From IMG/VR virus record IMGVR_UViG_3300045988_166413: a DNA stretch of 41,593 nt; one strand, given 5' to 3'. Below are positions 28,259 to 35,764 of the stretch, piece by piece (positions within the stretch are counted from its first letter, which is position 1; each line of letters begins with the position of its first letter). A model generated the notes under the pieces. The model was not told the origin of the DNA, made no database searches, and saw only the letters and a list, made by a program, of their open reading frames with translations. The stretch is from a virus. The position numbers were made by a program, and so were the translations under genes.

Positions 28259-28462
28259 TTACATATCCTTTAATTTTTCTTGTGCTTTTAATAGCTTTAT
28301 AATAAACTTTCCTAATAATTCATCTATTTTTTCATCTGCTTCTTCTTCAGACATATCTAATTCGTTATTATCTAACTTGTCTTGAATTTTTACTGCTTCA
28401 TTTAAAGTATCTGCTATTGATTTAAAAATCTCTGCTAGTTCTTTTATTTTTTTCTTTATCAT
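28259..28462 (-). CDS. Hypothetical helical protein, 67 aa
   Basis: Open frame, co-directional. Confidence 0.45.
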   Translation of the reverse strand: MIKKKIKELAEIFKSIADTLNEAVKIQDKLDNNELDMSEEEADEKIDELLGKFIIKLLKAQEKLKDM

Positions 28463-28629
28463 TTTTTACGCTCATCTTTTTTTCTCTCCTTTTTAAAACA
28501 TCTATCATAATGTTTGCATTGCTCACATTTACGTTTCATACATTCTTTCCAATTCAATTTATCTTTCATATATGTTCATTACCTTTATTAATAAATATAA
28601 AATAACTATTTTCATGCTATATCTCCTTT

Positions 28630-28715
28630 TGGCGGCAAACTATGGATTCGAACCATATACTTTGAAGTACGCATTTCTTAGCAGGAAAGCTTCAGACCTT
28701 CTGAATTAATTTGCC
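28630..28715 (-). tRNA. Phage tRNA-Ser (GCT)
   Basis: GGCAAAT...GTTTGCC acceptor, D-arm TTCAG/CTGAA, anticodon loop CTGCTAA, long variable arm, T-arm ATGGTTCGAATCCAT, discriminator G + CCA. Confidence 0.85.
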
Positions 28716-28725
28716 ATATAAAATA

Positions 28726-28756
28726 AAAACAAGCTACACTAGAAATAGCTTGTTTT
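28726..28756 (-). terminator. Perfect 11-bp stem-loop with T-rich tail immediately upstream of tRNA-Ser
   Basis: AAAACAAGCTA / TAGCTTGTTTT. Confidence 0.75.
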
Positions 28757-28823
28757 ATTAAAAACACTTATTGTTAAGAAAGGAGGTGATCTTGCAACAA
28801 ATCACAATGTCTAGTACATAAAA

Positions 28824-28852
28824 AAGAGTAGACATTTAAAACGTCTACTCTT
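28824..28852 (-). terminator. Rho-independent terminator immediately after tRNA-Met
   Basis: AAGAGTAGAC / GTCTACTCTT followed by a T-run on the minus strand. Confidence 0.85.
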
Positions 28853-28853
28853 A

Positions 28854-28929
28854 TGGTTGCAGGAACAAGACTCGAACTTGTGACCTTTGGCTTATGAGAC
28901 CAATGAGCTGCCAGCTGCTCTATCCCGCA
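28854..28929 (-). tRNA. Phage tRNA-Met (CAT)
   Basis: TGCGGGATAGAGCAGCTGGCAGCTCATTGGTCTCATAAGCCAAAGGTCACAAGTTCGAGTCTTGTTCCTGCAACCA folds as a full cloverleaf with encoded CCA. Confidence 0.9.
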
Positions 28930-28937
28930 ATATAAAA

Positions 28938-28966
28938 AAAATTGTGACATATATAGTCACAATTTT
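28938..28966 (-). terminator. Perfect 11-bp stem-loop plus T-run just upstream of tRNA-Met
   Basis: AAAATTGTGAC / GTCACAATTTT then TTTT on the minus strand. Confidence 0.85.
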
Positions 28967-29029
28967 ATGTAGTAATTATATTTGAATAATAATAAAAGGA
29001 TGCCTTACAACTTTCTGTTGCTATTATAA

Positions 29030-29096
29030 ATTATAAACTGTTATTTTTAAAAAAACAAGTGCAAAACAACCGCAATTTAACCGCAAAATAACCGCA
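29030..29096 (-). promoter_or_regulatory. Candidate late promoter with three activator iterons
   Basis: Minus strand TTGTTT (29053-29058)-N17-TATAAT (29030-29035); AACCGCA repeats at 29068, 29079 and 29090 (11-bp period). Confidence 0.6.
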
Positions 29097-29106
29097 TTTT
29101 CATTTT

Positions 29107-29583
29107 TTATATTTTTGATACTTTTTTTAATGCTCTATTAATCATTCTTTGTATCGTATCTTCACTTCTTGTTTCACTATATATCTGATAATATACTCTA
29201 TTTCCTATGTCAGCATAGCTGCATTCTTCGATATATCTTGCAATTAATAATTGTTTTTCCTTATATGTTAATATCTCTAATCTGTCATCTACTGTTTCCA
29301 CATCTTTTCTTAATTGTCTTATTTCCTCTTCTAGTTTCGCTATATCTTCTTCTAGCTTTATTCTTTTACTGTCTACTTTTGTTACACTATTTCCTGTTTT
29401 ATCTGATATTGTATTTTTACTATGTATTCCTTCAGTATCGTAATTTATTCCACTTATACTAGTATCTACTACTAGATTCTTTAATTCTATTCTTTTATTT
29501 TTAAGTTCTTTTAGTCTTATATTTAATGTAGCTTTGTTTTCCTTGTAGTTTTTTAATAATTTAATTAAGGTTTTAATTTCCAA
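29107..29583 (-). CDS. ArpU/sigma-region-4-like late transcription regulator
   Basis: LTYKEKQLLIARYIEECSYADIGNRVYY...SEDTIQRMINRALKKV; position at the end of the early region. Confidence 0.65.
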   Translation of the reverse strand: MEIKTLIKLLKNYKENKATLNIRLKELKNKRIELKNLVVDTSISGINYDTEGIHSKNTISDKTGNSVTKVDSKRIKLEEDIAKLEEEIRQLRKDVETVDDRLEILTYKEKQLLIARYIEECSYADIGNRVYYQIYSETRSEDTIQRMINRALKKVSKI

Positions 29584-29604
29584 TCTTTTGTACCTCCTAC
29601 AATT

Positions 29605-30051
29605 TTATATTATTTTCTTTAATTCCTCTTCTAGGTTTAATTTCTTATCATCTAATTCTTTATTATGTTTCTTTAAATCTTCTATTTTCTTATCTAATTT
29701 TATAAAATATCCTATGCTCTTTTTATTTAAATAATTTAATATTACTTTATAATCAAATATTTCATCATTAATTTCCCAGCCATTATATTCTTTTTTAAAG
29801 ATGTCAATTTTGTCTATTTTTATTTTTAAGATCTTTTGAGGATAAGCAAGTAATGAAATATATTTTTTATCTTCATTTTCTGTTCTCATTTCTATTTTAA
29901 TATTATATGATATTTTATTTTTTAATCTTGCATTTATATCTTCTATTTTTCTTTCTAAATAAAATTTATATAAATCCTTTTCTGTAATTACAACTGGATC
30001 TATCTTTAATTGATTTTCTAAATTCTCTACTCTTTTTCTTAAATTAAACAT
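29605..30051 (-). CDS. Hypothetical phage protein
   Basis: Open frame, early operon. Confidence 0.5.
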   Translation of the reverse strand: MFNLRKRVENLENQLKIDPVVITEKDLYKFYLERKIEDINARLKNKISYNIKIEMRTENEDKKYISLLAYPQKILKIKIDKIDIFKKEYNGWEINDEIFDYKVILNYLNKKSIGYFIKLDKKIEDLKKHNKELDDKKLNLEEELKKII

Positions 30052-30071
30052 TTGTATTTCCTCCTTTTATT

Positions 30072-30428
30072 TTATAATTCAAATAATTTATCTATTGCAT
30101 ACTTTAATCCTTCTATTTTTCCATTTATTCTTAATATCTCTTCTCTACAACTATCCTTTTTTAATCCTTCTAATCTTGTTATTTCTCTTTCTAAAACATT
30201 CTTCATTGTTAATTTTGTCATATTGTATGGTTTATTATCGTAGTAACGTACTTCGTCAGGTTCTGCTAAAATCTCTTGTTGTTGAACTTTATTAAGTTGT
30301 TTTTCTAGTTCTGTATTTCTTCCTTTTAGATATCCAATTTGTTCAGCTAATTGTGTATAATATTCTACTGATATTAATGCCGTTGGTTTTGCAACGCCTT
30401 CATCATTTATTACTTTTATATCATTCAT
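30072..30428 (-). CDS. Hypothetical coiled-coil phage protein
   Basis: Open frame, early operon. Confidence 0.5.
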   Translation of the reverse strand: MNDIKVINDEGVAKPTALISVEYYTQLAEQIGYLKGRNTELEKQLNKVQQQEILAEPDEVRYYDNKPYNMTKLTMKNVLEREITRLEGLKKDSCREEILRINGKIEGLKYAIDKLFEL

Positions 30429-30438
30429 TTTTATGTTT

Positions 30439-30774
30439 TCACCTCTTCTTTATTTCTTTATCTACTTGCTTAATAGCTTTTCTGTTTTCATTTATAAGCT
30501 CTAATAATTTATTTTCTATTGGTGTTAATTTATCTGCATAACTTGGAAATTCATATTCTTCTATCTCTTGTATATCTATTTCTTCATCTAATAATACAAA
30601 TTCCGCGTTAGCTAGTTGTAGTAATGATAATGTTGTATTTGGATTAGACATGTACACAATATTATTCCCATCCCAATACATTACTTGGAGTTTTGCTAAA
30701 AGCTTTGTACCTTCCTTTATTTTACCTTCGGATATAGCTTGTACTAGTTCATATCCCTTATATGTCTTTCTCAT
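30439..30774 (-). CDS. Hypothetical phage protein
   Basis: Open frame, MRKTYKGYELVQAISEGKIKEGTK. Confidence 0.5.
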   Translation of the reverse strand: MRKTYKGYELVQAISEGKIKEGTKLLAKLQVMYWDGNNIVYMSNPNTTLSLLQLANAEFVLLDEEIDIQEIEEYEFPSYADKLTPIENKLLELINENRKAIKQVDKEIKKR

Positions 30775-30777
30775 TTA

Positions 30778-31322
30778 TTATTCCTCCTCTTCTTCAATTT
30801 CTTTAAGATATTCTTTTATATTTATGTCTTCCCATATCTCTTCTGTTAATTTGTATGCCTCTTCTGTTCCACCTTTTGGTATATAATCATCTAATATCTC
30901 TGTATCCTTAAATCTTATTCTTCCAACATTGTATCCAAAATTCTCATCAGACCAAGAATATTCAAATTCTACGTTTGGAAATATAAAACCTAATTTACGC
31001 ATTAATTCATCAAATACATTATTCCATGCTGTCCTAAATCTTATCGTGTTTTCTGTATCTTTGTATTCGCTTTCATATGCATTCCATTTGGTTCCCCAAT
31101 TTTTATGGCTCCATCCATACCAACAATTTTTTTTCCGTATTTCTCCATTTCTCGACTACTTAAATCTCCACGGTATACCCATTTAGGCATAGGTGTTATA
31201 TTGTTAAAATCTATATTCCTTTCTGTTTCATCATTATATTTCCCTTTTAAAAAATCTTTTACTTCTTTTATTTCTTCCTTAGTACCTTTTATTTTTAATA
31301 TGTTTTCTACATGATTTGGCAT
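30778..31322 (-). pseudogene. Api92-like protein split by a -1-type frameshift at A8 (31127-31134)
   Basis: Frame 1: MPNHVENILKIKG...TPMPKWVYRG...EKYGKK; frame 2 continues NCWYGWSHKNWGTKWNAYESEYKD...FRTAWNNVFDELMRKLGFIFPNVEFEYSWSDENFGYNVG. Confidence 0.75.
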
Positions 31323-31323
31323 A

Positions 31324-31698
31324 TTACTTTTCCTCCAATCTATAACAATTTCTTTCATACTGCTCATGTGTTAGTATTTCCAATAGTTCATATTCTCCGT
31401 TTTCTATTTCTTCAATAATCTCTTTATATTTTATATCTATTGTTTTTTCATCAAATCCTATCATAAGTATTGCGTTTTCTTTAGTTTTAACTTTTATTAT
31501 GTCTTTATCTTCTATTAATTCTTTTATGTTAAAACTATGTTTTAATATGTCTTTTAAATGTGTTCCAATTTTATTTTCTGGATCAATTACCAAACCTTTT
31601 TCACTCCAATACTCATTTAATATTTCATCAAATTTAAATATCTTATCTATAATTCCATCTTTAGTTCTAACATATTCTCCTACTTCAATCTTGTCCAT
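31324..31698 (-). CDS. Hypothetical phage protein
   Basis: IEVGEYVRTKDGIIDKI...; early operon. Confidence 0.5.
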   Translation of the reverse strand: MDKIEVGEYVRTKDGIIDKIFKFDEILNEYWSEKGLVIDPENKIGTHLKDILKHSFNIKELIEDKDIIKVKTKENAILMIGFDEKTIDIKYKEIIEEIENGEYELLEILTHEQYERNCYRLEEK

Positions 31699-31750
31699 TG
31701 TTACCCCCTGCTATTTCTATGTATCCTCTTCTTTTCAGTCATCTACTTAA

Positions 31751-32011
31751 CTATTCTGCTTTTATACATTTATTTTCGAATTTTTTATAAGCATCAAAAT
31801 ATATTTCTTTTTTATCTCCATTGTAAGTCAATTCATAATACATTCCATCTTTTAAATCTGTACTTAATAATGCTTTGCTGTTTTGTAATGTCTTACAACT
31901 CCATACTATATACGCATTAAAATTTGGTATCTCATCTGTTTTGTCTAAATGCTCTATTGCATATTCTCTTACTAATTGTTTTGCTTTTTTTATAAATTCT
32001 TCATTGCTCAT
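31751..32011 (-). CDS. DUF6275-like phage protein
   Basis: VWSCKTLQNSKALLSTDLKDGMYYELTYNGDKKEIYFDAYKKFEN. Confidence 0.55.
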   Translation of the reverse strand: MSNEEFIKKAKQLVREYAIEHLDKTDEIPNFNAYIVWSCKTLQNSKALLSTDLKDGMYYELTYNGDKKEIYFDAYKKFENKCIKAE

Positions 32012-32147
32012 TTATTTTTCCTCCTCGAAATTTAAAATAATATCGTTAAGTTTTATAAGATTTTTTGTTTCTTCTTTTAAACCATCATACTTTTCTTTGC
32101 TTATATTTATTGACTTTACTCCCATTGCTATAAGCTGTTCTATCTTT

Positions 32148-32354
32148 TTATCTTCTGGCATATATATCTCTCAACTCCTTTAAATAAGGTAATACCCAGT
32201 CTGTAGGTATCATTATAATTCCATATGAATATTCTCCTACTCCCACATCATTTCTAGTCATGTATCCATGTTCTGATAAATAACTATCTGATAATCCTTT
32301 TGCCCTTTCTTTATTTTCAATTTCTTCAATTAATTGATTTAATTTATCTTTCAT
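32148..32354 (-). CDS. Hypothetical phage protein
   Basis: Open frame, co-directional. Confidence 0.4.
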   Translation of the reverse strand: MKDKLNQLIEEIENKERAKGLSDSYLSEHGYMTRNDVGVGEYSYGIIMIPTDWVLPYLKELRDIYARR

Positions 32355-32516
32355 TTAATATAAAACTACCCTCCCTTTCTCGGTTTGTTCTAGTCCTATC
32401 ACTCCTTCAGTTGCCAATGCTGTTATTAAGCAATAATTACAATAATATTTTTTATTAAATAAAAATAAATCTTCTATATTTTCTTTATGCTTACATTCAT
32501 AACATTCTTCTGTCAT
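32355..32516 (-). CDS. Small protein with two CxxC motifs, 53 aa (MTEECYECKHKENIEDLFLFNKKYYCNYCLITALATEGVIGLEQ...)
   Basis: Open frame directly abutting the next gene (TAA-ATG); below the ORF-track cutoff. Confidence 0.55.
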   Translation of the reverse strand: MTEECYECKHKENIEDLFLFNKKYYCNYCLITALATEGVIGLEQTEKGRVVLY

Positions 32517-32764
32517 TGCTTGTCCTCCTTATTTTTGTTTATTCTATTTTTAGAAATATCTATTTGGTCAATTTCTAATTTAATGCAAGGATTATTTCTT
32601 TTTATATAAATCATTAAACATTTTCTTAATACATTTGCATTTTGCATATGATCTAAAAATATACAAAAAACTCTATATAATAAACATATAAATAATAATA
32701 TAATACATATCGAACCACTCAATGTTGCTATCCAAAATAATATTTCTTTTATAATATTTATCAT
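32513..32764 (-). CDS. Small membrane protein
   Basis: TM segment LFWIATLSGSICIILLFICLLY. Confidence 0.45.
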   Translation of the reverse strand: MINIIKEILFWIATLSGSICIILLFICLLYRVFCIFLDHMQNANVLRKCLMIYIKRNNPCIKLEIDQIDISKNRINKNKEDKQ

Positions 32765-32995
32765 TTACTCCTCCTCCACTTTTTCTATATAGCCTGCTGT
32801 TATTAAATCTGACATTTCATTTTCTGTTGGAATTTCTCTTAAACTGTATGGATGCAATCTTGTAATTTCTCTTGTATTCTTATTTATAAAATATCTTGCA
32901 TTATTAATTCCAACCTTCATATAACTTTCTCCATAATCAAAATATCCAAACTTTTCTAATTCTTTTAAATCTACTTCTTTCTTTATTCTTAACAT
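32765..32995 (-). CDS. Hypothetical phage protein
   Basis: Open frame, co-directional. Confidence 0.4.
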   Translation of the reverse strand: MLRIKKEVDLKELEKFGYFDYGESYMKVGINNARYFINKNTREITRLHPYSLREIPTENEMSDLITAGYIEKVEEE

Positions 32996-32999
32996 TTAA

Positions 33000-33170
33000 T
33001 TAATCACCTAGCTTTCTTCCACACATTGGACAATAATTTATATCTATCTCAAGTTCTTGGTAAATTTTTTCTCTTGTAAAATTATCATTTTTATAATTAC
33101 TTACTTCTTGCTCTATTTCTAATTTATATTTCTTTAATTTAAATCTTGTGTTACTGCAATATTCACACAT
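33000..33170 (-). CDS. Zinc-ribbon-like small protein, 56 aa (MCEYCSNTRF...INYCPMCGRKLGD)
   Basis: Two CxxC pairs; open frame below the ORF-track cutoff. Confidence 0.6.
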   Translation of the reverse strand: MCEYCSNTRFKLKKYKLEIEQEVSNYKNDNFTREKIYQELEIDINYCPMCGRKLGD

Positions 33171-33578
33171 TTATTTTTCCTCCAATAACTTATTTTCAAA
33201 TTGCTCAAGTAAGTATATAATTTGCTCTATACTAAAATATTTTTTTCTTTCTGGATCTTTAAACTCTTTTATTCTTGTAATTAATTTATTAAAGTTATCT
33301 TTTACTTTTTGTTTTGCTATAAACTTTTCTTCAAATTCTGGTGTGTCTACATATACTATTCTTTTATCTTTTAAATCATCTTCTAATACTTCTAACTCTT
33401 TTATTCTCTTTTTATCTTCTTCTCTTTCTGCCAATATGTGGTCTATTGCTACACATCTTCTTTCACAAAAATTATCATAATCGCTCTCTACTTTGTAGTT
33501 TCTTAGTTTTCTGTCTAGCTCTGTAAATTCTTGTAATATCTTTATATCCTCTTCTATATCCATCCTAATTCCCCACAT
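33171..33578 (-). CDS. Hypothetical coiled-coil protein
   Basis: Open frame, co-directional. Confidence 0.45.
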   Translation of the reverse strand: MWGIRMDIEEDIKILQEFTELDRKLRNYKVESDYDNFCERRCVAIDHILAEREEDKKRIKELEVLEDDLKDKRIVYVDTPEFEEKFIAKQKVKDNFNKLITRIKEFKDPERKKYFSIEQIIYLLEQFENKLLEEK

Positions 33579-33771
33579 TTCTTGCTTTCTCTAGTAAATT
33601 TATTTTATCTGTTATTCTATATATATCTTTTCTTATAGCTTCTGCTTCATCTGATAAATGATTTCTATGTGTTTCTATATACTCATCTAGTTCTTTGTCT
33701 TTTTGCTTTAATTCTTTATATAGCTCTTCTAATCTATTCATTCTTTTCTCCTCTTTATTTTTATTCTTCAC
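33565..33771 (-). CDS. Hypothetical helical protein
   Basis: Open frame, co-directional. Confidence 0.4.
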   Translation of the reverse strand: MKNKNKEEKRMNRLEELYKELKQKDKELDEYIETHRNHLSDEAEAIRKDIYRITDKINLLEKARNVGN

Positions 33772-33976
33772 TTATTTTTATTAAATTTACATTCTTTAAG
33801 TTAACTATATATGTGTCATTATTTTCTATATCAGGTCCAAATGACATTCTTTCTATTCTTTTTTCTTCTAAAACTTCAACCATTCTATCTTTTTGTTGCT
33901 CGGATAAGGTTGTAGAATAAGTTGTACCACCTACAAGAAATATGTCTATTCTGTATTCTTTATTCACTCTTTCCAC
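33761..33976 (-). CDS. Hypothetical phage protein
   Basis: Open frame, co-directional. Confidence 0.4.
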   Translation of the reverse strand: MERVNKEYRIDIFLVGGTTYSTTLSEQQKDRMVEVLEEKRIERMSFGPDIENNDTYIVNLKNVNLIKISEE

Positions 33977-34092
33977 CTCACTTCATCTACTTCTAATAAC
34001 TCTTGTACTTTCTCTCTATTAATAATTGCTATTAGCTTTCCTTGTTCGTCATAATAGCTGTACTCTATTAATTCTTCTCTTTTTACTTCCAT
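33964..34092 (-). CDS. Hypothetical small protein, 42 aa (MEVKREELIEYSYYDEQGKLIAIINREKVQELLEVDEVRWKE)
   Basis: Open frame with upstream GGAGG; below the ORF-track cutoff. Confidence 0.4.
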   Translation of the reverse strand: MEVKREELIEYSYYDEQGKLIAIINREKVQELLEVDEVRWKE

Positions 34093-34108
34093 ACTTTTTT
34101 TCCTCCGT

Positions 34109-34426
34109 TTAATCTAATCTTGGTAAATGTCTGCTATATTCTTTTTCGTAGTTTTTCTCTTCTTCTTTTCTGATTCTTGTTTTTTGTTTTGGTTTTAATT
34201 CTGGATGTATTTCTAAAAACTTTCTTCTATGTCTTGTTATACTCTCAAAGCTTATTCCTGCATTTGTTAATGTTTGCAATGCCGTTTTGAAATATGTTTC
34301 TGCTAGTCTTGGAAATAGTTCTTTAACTGTTTTATATATTAAGTAATTATCATCTTCTCTTGCTCTTGTATCTTCTTCTAGTATCTTATAAACTATATCT
34401 TTCACTCTGCTTCTTCTCATTGGCAT
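34109..34426 (-). CDS. Hypothetical replication-module protein
   Basis: RSRVKDIVYKILEEDTRAREDDNYLIYKTVKEL. Confidence 0.5.
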   Translation of the reverse strand: MPMRRSRVKDIVYKILEEDTRAREDDNYLIYKTVKELFPRLAETYFKTALQTLTNAGISFESITRHRRKFLEIHPELKPKQKTRIRKEEEKNYEKEYSRHLPRLD

Positions 34427-34529
34427 ATCCTCCTACAAATTTTGCTTGTCCTAATATAATTTGCTTTATAAATTGTATCTTCTCAATATCATTTAATTTT
34501 AGTAGTTCTTCTGTATTTATAATTTTCAT
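34386..34529 (-). CDS. Hypothetical small protein, 47 aa (MKIINTEELLKLNDIEKIQFIKQIILGQAKFVGGYANEKKQSERYSL)
   Basis: Open frame with RBS AGGAGG; overlaps 34109-34426. Confidence 0.35.
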   Translation of the reverse strand: MKIINTEELLKLNDIEKIQFIKQIILGQAKFVGGYANEKKQSERYSL

Positions 34530-34531
34530 AA

Positions 34532-35764
34532 CTACCTCCTGATTATATTTACAAATTCGCTATATACTTTTCTAAATATCATGTTTACTTTTCCTGTAGA
34601 ACCTGCTCTTTGTTTTGCTAATTTTATTGTTACAACTGGCGCTGCTGCATCAGTTTCTTCTTCTTGATATATAAAAATAACATTGTCTGCATCTTGTTCT
34701 ATTGCTCCAGATTCTCTTAAATCAGATAGCATTGGTTCTTGTCTTGTTGCATTTCTATTTAGCTGGCATAATCCTATTATTGGTATTTTCAACTCCAATG
34801 TTAAAAGCTTTAGTGTCCTTGTTATGTCTGCTACTTCTTGCTCTCTTAAATTGAATTTTTGAGAACTTTTAATTAGTTGTATATAATCGATTATTATTAA
34901 TCCTATGTTTTTCTTGTTTTTCAGTTTTCTTGCTTCTACTTCTATTTGCTGTATTGTTCTTAAATTACTAGTAATATATAAAGATTTTTCTTCTAATTCT
35001 GCTCCAGCTTCATATACTTTTACTGCTTCTTGGTCAGTTAATGTTCCTAATCTCATTTTTGTACTATTTATTCTTGTTTCTTTTGCTATTAATTTTGTTA
35101 TAATTTGTTCTTCTGACATTTCTAAACTTATAAACATTACTGGTATTTTCTTTTTAGCTATATAGTCTGCTATTTGTAATGCAAATGTTGTTTTTCCCAT
35201 TCCAGGTCTAGCACCAATTATTGTTAATTCTTCGTTATGTAGTCCACAAGTTAATTGATCTAAATCTAGCATTCCTGTATATAAGCTATAATCATTTTTG
35301 TTTTTCATGTTTTTCTCTATCATGTCTAATGTGTCTATAATCTGCTCTTTTAAGCTTTCTTCTTTAATTTCTCTATCTTCAATTTTATTTAGCTCTTTTA
35401 TTACTTTTTCTATGTCTATATCTATATTTTCAGCATCTTTTATTTTTGTTGCTGACTCATTTAGCAGTTTTTGCATTTGTCTTTTTTTAGTTAATTCAAT
35501 TAACTTTTTATATACACTCTCTGCAGTTGTGCTATAAATATTCTCACTTAATGTTGCTAAATAACTTAATATATTTTTTTCATCAGTTAACTTGTTTTTA
35601 ACAGTTAGCATTGTTATTTCTTCTTTTGCTTGTTTTAAATTTTGTATTGCTTTAAATATTTTCTTGTTTAATCTAGTTGTAAAATCTGCATCTATAAGCT
35701 CACATTCATAATTTTCGAAAATTAGATAATATAACATCGCTTTCTCTATTTCTTCATCCTGCAT
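34532..35764 (-). CDS. dnaB: Replicative DNA helicase (DnaB family)
   Basis: GMLDLDQLTCGLHNEELTIIGARPGMGKTTFALQIADY; MFISLEMS; IIDYIQLI; GLCQLNR; IFIYQEE. Confidence 0.95.
   Translation of the reverse strand: MQDEEIEKAMLYYLIFENYECELIDADFTTRLNKKIFKAIQNLKQAKEEITMLTVKNKLTDEKNILSYLATLSENIYSTTAESVYKKLIELTKKRQMQKLLNESATKIKDAENIDIDIEKVIKELNKIEDREIKEESLKEQIIDTLDMIEKNMKNKNDYSLYTGMLDLDQLTCGLHNEELTIIGARPGMGKTTFALQIADYIAKKKIPVMFISLEMSEEQIITKLIAKETRINSTKMRLGTLTDQEAVKVYEAGAELEEKSLYITSNLRTIQQIEVEARKLKNKKNIGLIIIDYIQLIKSSQKFNLREQEVADITRTLKLLTLELKIPIIGLCQLNRNATRQEPMLSDLRESGAIEQDADNVIFIYQEEETDAAAPVVTIKLAKQRAGSTGKVNMIFRKVYSEFVNIIRR

Noticed and set aside
33148-33526. Plus-strand ORFs 33148-33480 and 33341-33526
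   Set aside because: Ser/Leu/Phe-rich shadow ORFs antisense to lysine/glutamate-rich early genes.
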